Source: Bacteroidia bacterium
GTDB lineage: Bacteria; Bacteroidota; Bacteroidia; SpSt-205
Reading direction: 5' to 3'
NCBI GenBank assembly: GCA_025062295.1
Contig: JANXAJ010000006.1
Location: 598 to 64,597, forward strand
DNA: 64,000 nt
Shown: in pieces, positions 17,450 to 27,533 of the stretch
Numbering within the stretch: position 1 is the stretch's first letter
How the letters are laid out: each line of letters starts with the position of its first letter
Notes under the pieces: generated by a model
Database searches by the model: none
The model's input: the letters and a program-made list of their open reading frames with translations, nothing else
What the model was told of the DNA's origin: nothing
Position numbers and translations under genes: made by a program

Positions 17450-19096
17450 TTAGAAGTCTACATCACCGCCCCCTGGACGGGCCGGAGCTTTTTCCTCCTC
17501 AGGTTCTTCCACCACGACGCATTCAGTGGTCAGGAGGAGAGAAGCGATAGATGCAGCATTCTCTAATGCTGTCCGAGCGACTTTGGTGGGGTCTACAACG
17601 CCACTTTGGAAGAGATTTTCAAATTCCTCCGTTCGCGCATTCCATCCGAAGTCGTCTTTACCTTCCTTCACCTTTTCTACAATAATAGCTCCTTCCTTTC
17701 CAGCATTAGAGGCGATTTGGCGGAGAGGTTCTTCTAACGCTCGGCGAACGATATCTACGCCGATGCCTGTATCTCCTCTTAGGAGTTTGTCATTGATGCC
17801 ACCTTTCCCTGGCAAGAGGGCTGGGAGACATCGCAGATAAGCCACACCGCCCCCTGGCACGATCCCCTCTTCAACCGCTGCACGAGTAGCATGAAGGGCG
17901 TCTTCAACCCGAGACTTCTTCTCCTTCATAGCCACCTCTGTCGCTGCTCCCACATACAGAACGGCTACGCCCCCAGACAGTTTAGCAAGCCGTTCTTGCA
18001 GCTTTTCACGGTCATAGTCAGAGGTGGTAGTCTCTATTTGAGCCTTGATCTGATTGATACGAGCTTTAATGCGCTCAGGGTCTCCTTGACCGCCGACGAT
18101 GGTGGTGTTGTCTTTATCTACAGTGATCTTCTTTGCCTTACCTAAGTAGTCCAGCGTCGCCATCTCCAGCTTGTATCCCTGCTCTTCAGAGATGACAGTA
18201 CCCCCTGTGAGGATGGCGATGTCCTCCAGCATTGCTTTGCGGCGATCGCCAAAGCCAGGAGCTTTGACTGCTACGACTTTGAGCGTACCTCTCAGCTTAT
18301 TCACCACGAGCGTAGCCAGCGCTTCTCCCTCTACATCTTCGGCAATAATGAGGAGTGGCTTGTTGATGCGTACAACTTGCTCGAGGATGGGGAGTAAATC
18401 CTTCATGCTGGAGATTTTCTTGTCATGGATGAGGATGAGAGCATCTTCCAGTTCAGCCACCATTTTATCGGCATTCGTGACAAAGTAGGGGGAGATGTAT
18501 CCTCGGTCAAACTGCATACCTTCTACCACCTCCAGATAAGTGTCAATATTGCGAGATTCCTCTACGGTGATGACGCCATCCTTTCCTACCTTATCCATCG
18601 CATCTGCGATGAGCTTGCCTATTTCCTCATCTCCGTTTGCAGAGAGGCTAGCAACCTGAGCGATTTCCTTGCTGGAGGTGATGGGACGGCTAATTTTCTT
18701 CAGCTCTTCTACTACCACTTTGACGGCTTCATCAATGCCGCGTTTGATTTCCATGGCATTTGCGCCTGCGGTTACGCTCTTGAGCCCTTCCCGGAAGATA
18801 GCCTGAGCCAGAAGGGTCGCCGTGGTGGTTCCATCCCCTGCCACATCAGCGGTTTTGGAAGCCACTTCCTTCACCATCTGAGCGCCCAGATTTTCCAGAG
18901 GGTCCTTGAGAGTGATTTCCTTAGCGACGGTGACGCCATCTTTCGTTACAAGGGGCGCACCAAACTTTCGCTCAATCGCTACATTCCGGCCACGAGGGCC
19001 AAGCGTAACCTTCACTGCATTTGCTAAGGCATCAACGCCCGCTAACAGCTTTGCGCGGGCTTCTGCATTGTACCGAATGATTTTACCCGTTGCCAT
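17450..19096 (-). CDS. groL: Chaperonin GroEL
   Basis: A 548-aa ORF starting [14 protein letters not shown]. Canonical motifs are present ([31 protein letters not shown]) along with the C-terminal Gly/Met-like tail. Confidence 0.97.
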   Translation of the reverse strand: MATGKIIRYNAEARAKLLAGVDALANAVKVTLGPRGRNVAIERKFGAPLVTKDGVTVAKEITLKDPLENLGAQMVKEVASKTADVAGDGTTTATLLAQAIFREGLKSVTAGANAMEIKRGIDEAVKVVVEELKKISRPITSSKEIAQVASLSANGDEEIGKLIADAMDKVGKDGVITVEESRNIDTYLEVVEGMQFDRGYISPYFVTNADKMVAELEDALILIHDKKISSMKDLLPILEQVVRINKPLLIIAEDVEGEALATLVVNKLRGTLKVVAVKAPGFGDRRKAMLEDIAILTGGTVISEEQGYKLEMATLDYLGKAKKITVDKDNTTIVGGQGDPERIKARINQIKAQIETTTSDYDREKLQERLAKLSGGVAVLYVGAATEVAMKEKKSRVEDALHATRAAVEEGIVPGGGVAYLRCLPALLPGKGGINDKLLRGDTGIGVDIVRRALEEPLRQIASNAGKEGAIIVEKVKEGKDDFGWNARTEEFENLFQSGVVDPTKVARTALENAASIASLLLTTECVVVEEPEEEKAPARPGGGDVDF

Positions 19097-19110
19097 ACGC
19101 CTCCTCCTTT

Positions 19111-19389
19111 TTAGCTAATGATTGCATAGATGTCTGATTCTCTCATAATGAGATAATCCTTTCCATCAATTGTGATTTCCGTCCCAGCATACTTTCCGTA
19201 TAGGACTTTGTCTCCGACCTTTACTGTCAGAGGCTCGTCCTTCTTGCCGGGACCGACAGCTACAACCGTACCCTTTTGGGGTTTTTCTTTCGCCGTGTCT
19301 GGAATGATAATGCCAGCCGCAGTCTTTTCTTCGGCTGGAGCCGGCTCTACAACCACTCGATCTGCTAAAGGTTTGATGTTTACCGACAT
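19111..19389 (-). CDS. groS: Co-chaperonin GroES
   Basis: 92 aa, [16 protein letters not shown] ... [12 protein letters not shown]. An AGGAGG sits upstream of the ATG. groEL begins 14 nt downstream. Confidence 0.95.
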   Translation of the reverse strand: MSVNIKPLADRVVVEPAPAEEKTAAGIIIPDTAKEKPQKGTVVAVGPGKKDEPLTVKVGDKVLYGKYAGTEITIDGKDYLIMRESDIYAIIS

Positions 19390-19637
19390 ATGCCTCCTGG
19401 TTTTGGTTTGTAAAGAGCAGCACAACTCATGTGCCAATACGCCAAATATGACAGAGAGTCATACCCCGCTGACAGAAAGTTCATCCAGATTGTCAGAATA
19501 GAGAGAGGAGTCAGATAAAGCTCAAGAAAAAAGCCTTCTCTTCTCTGAAGCACTAACCTGTCCCCTTTTCAAGAAAGCAATCGGCTTCCTCCTGCCAGAG
19601 ATCAGCAATGGTGAGAGGTCAGGACTACCTCTCTGCA

Positions 19638-20063
19638 TCAAGGGAGCTCTCGCAGCAGACGCGCACTCCAAGGGCAATAATTCTGAAGGGTATCTACCCA
19701 GTAATCCACTCTCTCCTCTACAAAAGAGGGAAGCCCATCACACACTTCTGTGGCAACCTCGGCAAAACTGACAGATGCGGGATCCATATGCCAACTCCAC
19801 CGATAAACACCACACCGATTGAAGCCTCCGTCTCCCCTTTGAAGCTTTCCTGTAGGAAACTTTGATGAAGAATTCTCTTTCAAAAGGGCTCTGGCCTCTC
19901 TGATCTGGGTAGGCTCTATGAGCCGCAGAATAAAACACTCCTCTCCCACTTGCACCTCAAAGTCGGCATAAGCAGGTACTTCTTTGTGAGTTGGCTTTTC
20001 TGTCTTCCGACAGCCATAGAAGAGCAAACTACCCTCCCATACCATCATGATCCTGAGGATCAT
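19638..20063 (-). CDS. Hypothetical lipoprotein
   Basis: I started it at the internal Met giving MILRIMMVWEGSLLFYGC, which has a lipobox-like FYGC and avoids a 65-nt overlap with the upstream gene. The track ORF extends to 20147. No known motif. Confidence 0.3.
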   Translation of the reverse strand: MILRIMMVWEGSLLFYGCRKTEKPTHKEVPAYADFEVQVGEECFILRLIEPTQIREARALLKENSSSKFPTGKLQRGDGGFNRCGVYRWSWHMDPASVSFAEVATEVCDGLPSFVEERVDYWVDTLQNYCPWSARLLRELP

Positions 20064-20082
20064 GAAGCAAAAATGCTTTAGC

Positions 20083-21237
20083 TTAACACACCGTAAGCTG
20101 AAAAACATCCCACAAGCGTGGTACTTCACCTGTAAGGGCTTCTTCATACTCTTTTTGAGTGCAGGGAAAAAGACGACTGGGACCGCTGCGAGTTACAGGC
20201 GCGATCTCTATCCACCACCGCTGAGTCTGAGGATGACGATAAAAGGTCAAACTTTGGACTTCTGGATGGTAGACGGGAACGGTATATCTCTCAAGATTGC
20301 TGCGATCAGGCAGAGGGAAATCCTCAGGTGCATTGAGACGACCCTCTAAATAATACCACACAAGGAGAGCTACTGCTGCAGCCGTGCGTCCATCGGGGTC
20401 TCGGAGTGGAAGGTAGTTGGCAATGTGTAAGACATCGGTTCGGTATCCCATCCCTGCGAAGCGCATAAGTTTAGCCGCTATCTCAATGGGAAGGCCTTCT
20501 GGCTCAGGGTCTATAACGGCTGGGGCATCAGCTCCACGCACTACCCCCAAATCCATACTCACAAGAGCAGAGAGTCGGAGGTAAGGCTCTGCTCTATCTG
20601 GATCAGCCAAAACTTCGTGAAGGCGAATGTACGGAGAGCGAAGGTGTCCATGTAGTACCTCCTCCTCAGCGGGACTGACCCAGTGCCAAGCCAAACCTAC
20701 CACCTGTCCCCACGCTGGAACCCCCACATGTCCATCCATGAGCATATCTCTATGAAAGCGGCGATGTGGGGCTTCCTCTATGGCAATCGCATCTATCAAG
20801 TCTAACTTTTTGTCTATCAGTGTATAAGTAAAAGGAGTCTCTTGCGCAGCTACGCTTCGGTACAGAGGATGAGCCGCTTCTTGACTTCCCCCTATCACAA
20901 TCACACGCTGGGAGCGTCTCAGCAGGTTTGTCACCACTTCCTCTAAGGCTTGAGCAGGATATTCTGACCGAATATCTCCCAGGTCTACTACTCGCAGAGC
21001 AAGGCTTGGGAGGGCGAGACGATACAGCTTTTGGCGGACCCGATTTGAAGCCGCAGGCATGTGAATCATCTCGCCTCGGCGATGGTAATAAGGATATCCC
21101 AAGATTACAGCGGTCGGGGACCGAGCAAGCCCTTCTTCTATAGCAGAAGTGGTGTGGGGAAAGCTCACAGCAATAGAGAGACGCTGGGAGTGTAGCCCAT
21201 ATTTAGAGCAAGGAGAAAGATACTTTTCCCAATCCAT
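20083..21237 (-). CDS. Arginase/ureohydrolase-family protein (agmatinase or formiminoglutamase-like)
   Basis: A 384-aa ORF with ureohydrolase-type metal-binding patterns (VIVIGGSQEAAH; SMDLGVVRGADAPAVIDPEPEG). It is longer than typical family members at the C-terminus. Confidence 0.55.
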   Translation of the reverse strand: MDWEKYLSPCSKYGLHSQRLSIAVSFPHTTSAIEEGLARSPTAVILGYPYYHRRGEMIHMPAASNRVRQKLYRLALPSLALRVVDLGDIRSEYPAQALEEVVTNLLRRSQRVIVIGGSQEAAHPLYRSVAAQETPFTYTLIDKKLDLIDAIAIEEAPHRRFHRDMLMDGHVGVPAWGQVVGLAWHWVSPAEEEVLHGHLRSPYIRLHEVLADPDRAEPYLRLSALVSMDLGVVRGADAPAVIDPEPEGLPIEIAAKLMRFAGMGYRTDVLHIANYLPLRDPDGRTAAAVALLVWYYLEGRLNAPEDFPLPDRSNLERYTVPVYHPEVQSLTFYRHPQTQRWWIEIAPVTRSGPSRLFPCTQKEYEEALTGEVPRLWDVFQLTVC

Positions 21238-21244
21238 GTCCCTT

Positions 21245-22687
21245 CTATACTTGAGCGGAAGCTACTACTTTCGCTTGCATCCACTGATTCAGAGGACGAG
21301 CAAGCAGAAGGAGAAGAACAGCACCACCAGCTGCTATTCCCATCAGGCTCGGATAGAGAGGAAGGGAGTACCGCTCAAGGAGGGCTTCGGAGACTCCAGC
21401 CATATAATTACCAAAAGCAGAGGAAAGAAACCAGACCCCCATCATGAGGGCGGCGACCGAGCTGGGAGCTACTTTCGTAACCATAGACAGCCCCACCGGA
21501 GACAAGCACAGCTCGCCCAGCGTATGAAGAAGATAGGTAGTCGCAAGCCACAAGGGACCCACCTTGGCATAGAGGGCTCGCCCTTCTGCTATAGTCATTA
21601 TCAGAAAGCCCAGAGATAAAAGAAAGAGGCCAGTTGCCATCTTGACAGGAGTAGAAGGCTCCCTTCCTCGCTGAGCCAGCCCAATCCACAGCATAGAAAA
21701 AAGAGGGGCTAAGACAAGTATAAGGAGGGGATTTAGGGACTGAAAATAGGGAGCGGGGAATTCCCACTCCCATCCTCCCAGTTGGATTCGCCTTTCTGTT
21801 TTTTCATAAGCAAAAAGGTTGAGAGTACCCCCTGCTTGTTCGAAGCCCATCCAAAATATAGCAGTAAAAAAAGCTAAAATGAAAATAGAGATTGCTCTTT
21901 TCCACTCAGCACTGCCTTGGAGGCGAGAAGCCAGGTAAATCACTACAAATACCAGAGCAATCAATATCCCTCCTTGGAAGGCGGCAGATACGATGGAGCG
22001 TCCTAGCCAGCGAGCAAGAGCTGTCCCTCCAAATGCTAAAAGCACCCCCATACCTGTTGTGAAAAGTACTCGGAACCACTCTGAGCGGCTCATTGCTCGC
22101 CATTCGCCAGTCGCTGGACGCATAAGAGGTATTCCAGCAGAAAAAATAATAAAGCTAACTACCATGCCCACACCGGCAGCCGCAAACCCCCAGTGGGGTG
22201 AAAAAGCCTCTGCCAGTGTGCTACATACCAGCGGCGAGAGAAAAGCACCTAAGTTAATCCCCATGTAAAATATCGTAAAGGCAGCATCGCGGCGAGGATC
22301 ACGTGGGAGATAGAGCGAACCAACTATAGTGGAAATATTTGGCTTGAAGAGTCCATTGCCCAAGATAAGGAGGGTCAAAGCTGGAAAAAGAAGGGCGGGC
22401 ACAGCCATAGCGAAGTGTCCTATGACCATTAGAAGGGCACCAGCAAGCACTGTAGCGCGATACCCCAGCCACCGATCCGCTAAAATACCCCCCACAATTG
22501 GCGTGAGATACACCATGCCGGTGTAGAGACCATAGATTTCTAATGCCGAATCTCGGGGATATTTGACAAACAATGTGAGATAAAGAATCAAAATCGCTCG
22601 CATCCCATAGTAGCTGAAGCGCTCCCACATCTCAGAGAAAAAGAGCACATAGAGGGCTGAGGGGTGGGTCCAGAACTTTCGGATCAC
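21245..22687 (-). CDS. Proton-dependent oligopeptide transporter (POT/PTR2 family, DtpT-like)
   Basis: A 480-aa ORF, polytopic, with the PTR2 signature EMWERFSYYGMRAILILYLT and ADRWLGYRATVLAG. Confidence 0.85.
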   Translation of the reverse strand: MIRKFWTHPSALYVLFFSEMWERFSYYGMRAILILYLTLFVKYPRDSALEIYGLYTGMVYLTPIVGGILADRWLGYRATVLAGALLMVIGHFAMAVPALLFPALTLLILGNGLFKPNISTIVGSLYLPRDPRRDAAFTIFYMGINLGAFLSPLVCSTLAEAFSPHWGFAAAGVGMVVSFIIFSAGIPLMRPATGEWRAMSRSEWFRVLFTTGMGVLLAFGGTALARWLGRSIVSAAFQGGILIALVFVVIYLASRLQGSAEWKRAISIFILAFFTAIFWMGFEQAGGTLNLFAYEKTERRIQLGGWEWEFPAPYFQSLNPLLILVLAPLFSMLWIGLAQRGREPSTPVKMATGLFLLSLGFLIMTIAEGRALYAKVGPLWLATTYLLHTLGELCLSPVGLSMVTKVAPSSVAALMMGVWFLSSAFGNYMAGVSEALLERYSLPLYPSLMGIAAGGAVLLLLLARPLNQWMQAKVVASAQV

Positions 22688-22689
22688 AG

Positions 22690-22992
22690 CTAAGCAGGAG
22701 GAGCTCCAGCCAATCGCTGGGCAACTTGACGGGCTAAGCGGGATTTGAGACGAGCTGCCTTATTGCGATGAAATATATTCCTCTGTGCGAGACGATCAAG
22801 GAGAGAATGCACAGCACGTAGGAGTTCAGGTAAACGAGTAGGGTCACTTTCCTTTTTCAGAGCGCGAAGCGCTACCCGATACTTTGCTTTCCATTCCAGA
22901 TTCCGAGCTCGGCGGCGTAGGATCTTCCGCTGGCGCCGGAGAGCACTCCGTGAGCGAGCCGTCTTCTTTTTCTTCGTTGTAGGGGCTGCCAT
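22690..22992 (-). CDS. rpsT: 30S ribosomal protein S20
   Basis: About 100 aa, very basic, with the S20-typical FHRNKAARLKSRLARQV motif. Start chosen at MAAPTTKKKK. Confidence 0.75.
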   Translation of the reverse strand: MAAPTTKKKKTARSRSALRRQRKILRRRARNLEWKAKYRVALRALKKESDPTRLPELLRAVHSLLDRLAQRNIFHRNKAARLKSRLARQVAQRLAGAPPA

Positions 22993-23151
22993 GAGCCGCA
23001 AAGGTAGCGCTTTCAACGAAAGTCTCTATCTTTGCAGTCGCTATGCCATGTGGTCGGAAAAGAAAACTGAAGAAAATCAAACGCCATAAACTCAAGAAAC
23101 GCCGCCGACTCAATCGCCACAAGAAGAAACTCCGCTAATCTGGCTTGATCC

Positions 23152-24699
23152 TTGCGGGAGCTGGTCCTCACCCGAAAGGAAGGCACCATTGAAGCTTACT
23201 TGCTTGAGCATCGCCAGCTCGTAGAATATCACGAACAGTCAGAGGCGCCAATCTACACCTTAGGAGACATTTTTCTTGGAGAAGTGGTCCAGATTGTCTC
23301 TGGGCTAAATGCTGCTTTCATTGAAATAGGGCTCTCCCGCGAGGGATTCCTTCACTACACTGATATAGGGCCAGAACTTTTTGCTCAGAAGGATTTTCTT
23401 TCTTTCCTCAAACAAGGGCTTATGCCCCCCCCTGAACTTCCGAAGCCCTCAAATCATCCTCTTCCGAGAGAGGGCAAGATTAGTGATTTCCTGAAAGTAG
23501 GCGATTGGGTACTTGTACAAGTCGTCAAAGAGATGGCAGAGAGCAAAGGTCCCCGATTAACGACAAGCCTCGCCCTTGCGGGTCAGACCCTTCTTCTTAT
23601 GCCTTTCTCTGCTGATATCGGTATCTCCCACCGCATCTCTGATGCTCACCTTCGGCAGCGATGGAGGGAGTACCTCCACCAGCTTTATCTTCCGCCATAT
23701 GGGCTTATTCTTCGCACCAATGGAGCAGACGCCACTTCCGAAGAAGTTGCTGCTGAATATCACCGCCTTATCCAACGCTGGGAATATCTGCTTTCCAGAC
23801 TTCAAGACCAATCTCCCCCTTACCGTCTTACAGAAGACAGCCTTCATATGTTCTTGAGCGAACTCTTGAGCCCGCCCCCGCATACTATCCACATCACTGA
23901 TGAAGGAATCTATCACCGCCTTCAAGAGTACCTCAGAGATCATCCGCTTCCCCACTCACCCTCCCTCCGACTCCACCGCCGCCCTGAGAAACTCAGAAAC
24001 CTCTTTGACCTCCATCAAGCCAAAAAATCTCTTCTTGGACGCACCGTTACGCTTCCGAACGGAGCTTATCTCGTGATAGAACACACCGAAGCCCTTCATG
24101 TGATAGATGTAAATACAGGCTCTCTACCTGCTAAGGGAGCCTCTGTTGAGGAGATTATTTTTCAAACCAATCTTTTAGCTGCGGCGGAGGTAGCTCGGCA
24201 AATTCGCCTGCGGGATTTGGGGGGTATTATCGTCGTAGACTTCATAGACATGCGGAATCCTCTTCATCGTCAGCTTGTTCAGGAGCGGCTCCGAGAAGCT
24301 ATGCGCAGCGACCGAGCGAAACACTCTATCCTCCCAATGACTGAAATTGGGCTTGTCCAAATCACTCGGCAGCGCCGCCGTCAACCTATAGAGCTTCCTG
24401 AAGGCTCCGTCTGTAGCTTCTGCCACGGTAGTGGGAAGGTTGCATCGCCCGCTGATTCGCTTCAGAAGATTCAGCGGATAATTCAATTTTGGTCAGAGAA
24501 GTACATCCGACTCCCTCTCAAGGTGCGAGTACATCCCCTCTGGGCTAATCACTGGTTCATGTCTTACCCTCACTACAAAGGATGGGTATGGGGACTCATT
24601 CCTCATAGATGGTTATGCATAGAGACTGATGCGACTTTATCCCTCAGTACAGTGGAAATTTTTGCTCCCTCTGGCAAGATAATAATCGCTTCAGAATAA
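23152..24699 (+). CDS. rng: Ribonuclease E/G family protein (RNase G-like), TTG start
   Basis: A 515-aa ORF with an S1 domain (GDIFLGEVVQIVSGLNAAFIEIG) and a DNase I-like catalytic region (HVIDVNTGS, GGIIVVDFIDM). The ORF opens right after an in-frame TGA with TTG as the first codon. Confidence 0.8.
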   Translation: MRELVLTRKEGTIEAYLLEHRQLVEYHEQSEAPIYTLGDIFLGEVVQIVSGLNAAFIEIGLSREGFLHYTDIGPELFAQKDFLSFLKQGLMPPPELPKPSNHPLPREGKISDFLKVGDWVLVQVVKEMAESKGPRLTTSLALAGQTLLLMPFSADIGISHRISDAHLRQRWREYLHQLYLPPYGLILRTNGADATSEEVAAEYHRLIQRWEYLLSRLQDQSPPYRLTEDSLHMFLSELLSPPPHTIHITDEGIYHRLQEYLRDHPLPHSPSLRLHRRPEKLRNLFDLHQAKKSLLGRTVTLPNGAYLVIEHTEALHVIDVNTGSLPAKGASVEEIIFQTNLLAAAEVARQIRLRDLGGIIVVDFIDMRNPLHRQLVQERLREAMRSDRAKHSILPMTEIGLVQITRQRRRQPIELPEGSVCSFCHGSGKVASPADSLQKIQRIIQFWSEKYIRLPLKVRVHPLWANHWFMSYPHYKGWVWGLIPHRWLCIETDATLSLSTVEIFAPSGKIIIASE

Positions 24700-24958
24700 T
24701 TATACATAAGAATATCTATCGTGTGCAGCCCTCGGTAGGCATGCTGAGCTTGAGGACCGCCCTTTGAAGGCGGAAACCTTTACCATTATGACTTTGCCGA
24801 GCTGTAAGAGGTAGCTCAGAAGCTCAGAGTACAGGTAATAAATGAGGCTTTTCCGAGTTTTCCTCATAGCTCCATGCCCTAAAGAAGGTTCGGAGGTTGG
24901 ATAAGGAGAGCTAAGACTCAATCCACAATGGAGTGAGGGTAAAAGCTCTTGCTCTCTG

Positions 24959-26290
24959 TTACTTTTTCTCCTCAGTTTCAGGGAGGCGCCTAAAGTTGCG
25001 CTGAAGCTGGACAAGCGTAGTTAAAATGGCAGACTGTAGATGAGCTTGCAATTGAGGACTTTGCAATCGTCCCTGAAGGTGAGTAAGGAATTCTTCTACG
25101 AGATCACCCAAGGCTTTCTTTCCGCTTTCACTTTGGAGATAAGCTTCGGCACTCTGGAGAAGCCTCTCAGTAGCCTGACGAGCTGCTCGCTGAAGGATAT
25201 TCAGAAGTCGTTCAGCTGTCAATCCAGGAAGAGAGGGGATTGCCTGCTCAAGCCCTTGAGCAAGGCTCTCCTCCACAAGCGCAGTTAGTGCAGGGCTGCG
25301 GCGTAAAGCACTCATGAGCGGCCCAGCTTCCTCCGAGATGATCACTCGTATCACTGGTCTCAGCTCTTCCATCACTCGCATGCTAATCCGCAGCTCCTCG
25401 CCTTGAAGAGCCTGCCTCTTAATCTGCTCCAAAATCTGGTATGCTACCTCATCTGAAATAGCTTTTGCAATCAAGCGGGACTGCTGCGTGAGAAATCGTG
25501 CAACTAAAGTATTAGAAAAGTTTATGACTTTACTTCGGTTGAGCCGAAGGTAGAGATTCCAAATTCGTAACAGGCGGAACCATCGTAGGCTTCGCAGCGG
25601 AGTCAGCGCCAGTACATCATACCAATGAGCGACAGGATACATCCACCAATACGCATATCGCCGAGTCCGAATCGCTACAATCCATGCCCCCCAAAATTCT
25701 ATCCAAAAAAATATCAGAAAGGGCAGATCCAATCGCCAAAAATTATCTACAAAATCACCAGACAGATCATAGTGTCGATAGTAATTCACCTGTAGAAGGT
25801 ACCGAAGCTCTCGCTGATAAAAATCCAAGTGCAGTGCTGTATTCTCTCGGGTAAGCTGCCAAAAGCGCCGAAAGGCTTCACTGCTTGAGAGTTTCTCCCC
25901 ATATTGATCTTGAACGAAAGTCTTGACTTTTTCTTTGAGAAGTTCTTGATAGCCCATTAGCCCGAACCGTTCATAGGGACGCTCAGAGAGGATGCGGAGA
26001 GAGAGTACATACAATGTATCTCCAAATGCTTGAAGTCGCTCAGGGGTGGGACGAGGAGAATGTCGCCACTCCTGATGGAGGCTATCAGCCAGCTTCTGAT
26101 ACGCATGAGTCAGCCAGTGCGGCTCTATCCCCTTGTAGGGATCATACCACCGAACAAGCTGAGGAAGATACTTGATGTAGGTGGGCCGTAGGGAGATGTA
26201 GCTCAAATCAAAGAGAATGAGAATCAAGTTAGCTACAGCAGCAATAAGCATGAAGACATCCCATGCCGTTTCTAGCCGCTGACGACTCAT
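24959..26290 (-). CDS. Hypothetical membrane protein with a voltage-sensor (S4)-like helix and a C-terminal coiled coil
   Basis: A 443-aa ORF with TM1 near the N-terminus and a TM cluster of about 70 residues. One helix carries Arg every third residue (LRSLRWFRLLRIWNLYLRL). A long helical cytoplasmic tail follows. No pore (S5-P-S6) region. Confidence 0.4.
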   Translation of the reverse strand: MSRQRLETAWDVFMLIAAVANLILILFDLSYISLRPTYIKYLPQLVRWYDPYKGIEPHWLTHAYQKLADSLHQEWRHSPRPTPERLQAFGDTLYVLSLRILSERPYERFGLMGYQELLKEKVKTFVQDQYGEKLSSSEAFRRFWQLTRENTALHLDFYQRELRYLLQVNYYRHYDLSGDFVDNFWRLDLPFLIFFWIEFWGAWIVAIRTRRYAYWWMYPVAHWYDVLALTPLRSLRWFRLLRIWNLYLRLNRSKVINFSNTLVARFLTQQSRLIAKAISDEVAYQILEQIKRQALQGEELRISMRVMEELRPVIRVIISEEAGPLMSALRRSPALTALVEESLAQGLEQAIPSLPGLTAERLLNILQRAARQATERLLQSAEAYLQSESGKKALGDLVEEFLTHLQGRLQSPQLQAHLQSAILTTLVQLQRNFRRLPETEEKK

Positions 26291-26317
26291 CAGACGAAGG
26301 TAGGCTACTTTTGAGAG

Positions 26318-27514
26318 ATGCGAGCTTGGCGAGTGCTTTTAGGAAGTCTTTTAGGCCTTTTCTACAAGGGAGAAGCGATAGAAAGTTCCCCTTCCCTGCC
26401 AAGGAAAGAGGAGAGAAGCAGCAGCTGGATGGTCTTTCGCCAGCGAGTTCTTCCTGTTCATAGGGATAAACGGTGGATTCTTATTCTTCATCGCCCGACT
26501 TACACCTTAGCTGACAGCTTTTTAGAGATGGGAGTTAAAGTCATCCGAATCTATGCGCCCGAACACGGACTTTTTGGAGAGCAGGGAGCAGGTCTGAATG
26601 TGCAAGATACCATTTATAGAGGGATTCCCGTCATCTCTCTCTATGGTCAGCGGCGCGCTCCGGCGATAGAAGAGCTTAGACAAGCGGATGCTATCCTCTT
26701 CGCCCTGCGGGATGTGGGAGTACGGCACTATACCTACCTCAGTACATTGGCATATGTGATGGAAGCCGCTGCTCAAGCAGACCGCCCCTTGTGGGTCTTA
26801 GACTTTCCGAATCCTCATGCTCACTATGCTTATGGACCCCTTCTGGATAGCGCTCTTTTTTCGTTTGTGGGGATGTATCCTATTCCCCTTGTTCCCGGCT
26901 TGACGATCGGCGAATATGCTCGCCTCTTGAAGGGGGAAAGGTGGGTCTCCAACGCAAACTTAGAGGTAATACCATGGGAAGGATGGCAGCGAGGTGATCC
27001 CCTTCCACCTATTCAGCCTTTTCTTACTGAGCCACCCTCTCCCGCCCTTAGAACCCCCCAAGCTATTGAACTGTATCCTATTCTCGGATGGTACGAAGCT
27101 ACTCTCTGTATCAGCGTAGGACGCTCAACAGATTTACCCTTTGAGCAGGTCGGGATTCAGAAGCAGTATTCTCTCCCCTTTCGGGATACTATGCTATTTG
27201 GGTATATACTCCAGAAGAGGGAATTTCGTCCATCTACGAGTCAGCACACTTATCACGGATGGAGAATCAAGCGGATTTCCTCAGGTAGGGTCAACCCAGA
27301 TAGCCTTTTCCGACTGGGGTTTTTCCTCCTTCAGGTATTTAGCAAGGCTGTTCCCCATCCCGACTCTTTTTTTCAACGCCGATTCTTTGACCGACTTTTT
27401 GGAAGTCCTCATCTGCGACATTCCCTTCATCTCCCGATAGATACGCTCTACGAGCGATTTCAATCTCCCTCGCGCTGGCATGCTCTGCGAGAGAAGTATA
27501 AGATCTACCAGTAA
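26318..27514 (+). CDS. DUF1343 family protein (NamZ-like exo-beta-N-acetylmuramidase family)
   Basis: A 398-aa ORF with DUF1343 hallmarks: KRWILILHRPT, APEHGLFGEQGAG, IPVISLYG and the FPNPHAHYAYGP region. Confidence 0.65.
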   Translation: MRAWRVLLGSLLGLFYKGEAIESSPSLPRKEERSSSWMVFRQRVLPVHRDKRWILILHRPTYTLADSFLEMGVKVIRIYAPEHGLFGEQGAGLNVQDTIYRGIPVISLYGQRRAPAIEELRQADAILFALRDVGVRHYTYLSTLAYVMEAAAQADRPLWVLDFPNPHAHYAYGPLLDSALFSFVGMYPIPLVPGLTIGEYARLLKGERWVSNANLEVIPWEGWQRGDPLPPIQPFLTEPPSPALRTPQAIELYPILGWYEATLCISVGRSTDLPFEQVGIQKQYSLPFRDTMLFGYILQKREFRPSTSQHTYHGWRIKRISSGRVNPDSLFRLGFFLLQVFSKAVPHPDSFFQRRFFDRLFGSPHLRHSLHLPIDTLYERFQSPSRWHALREKYKIYQ

Positions 27515-27533
27515 AGATTCCTGTTTTAGTCTT

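Noticed and set aside
18425-19027. 200-aa plus-strand ORF inside groEL
   Set aside because: It is antisense to a near-certain conserved gene and shows no motif. The same applies to 17526-17840, 17891-18145, 18171-18488 and 18906-19118.
19438-19637. Search for a CIRCE/HrcA operator (TTAGCACTC-N9-GAGTGCTAA) and a sigma-54 promoter (TGGCAC-N5-TTGC) upstream of groES
   Set aside because: Only a partial AGCACTAA match is present with no inverted partner. The TGGCAC...TTGTGC candidate has the wrong GG-to-GC spacing. No heat-shock operator can be supported.
24700-25014. 104-aa minus-strand ORF in the rng-downstream intergenic region
   Set aside because: It has no motif and a Ser-rich composition. 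It probably covers only the terminator and spacer region between convergent genes.
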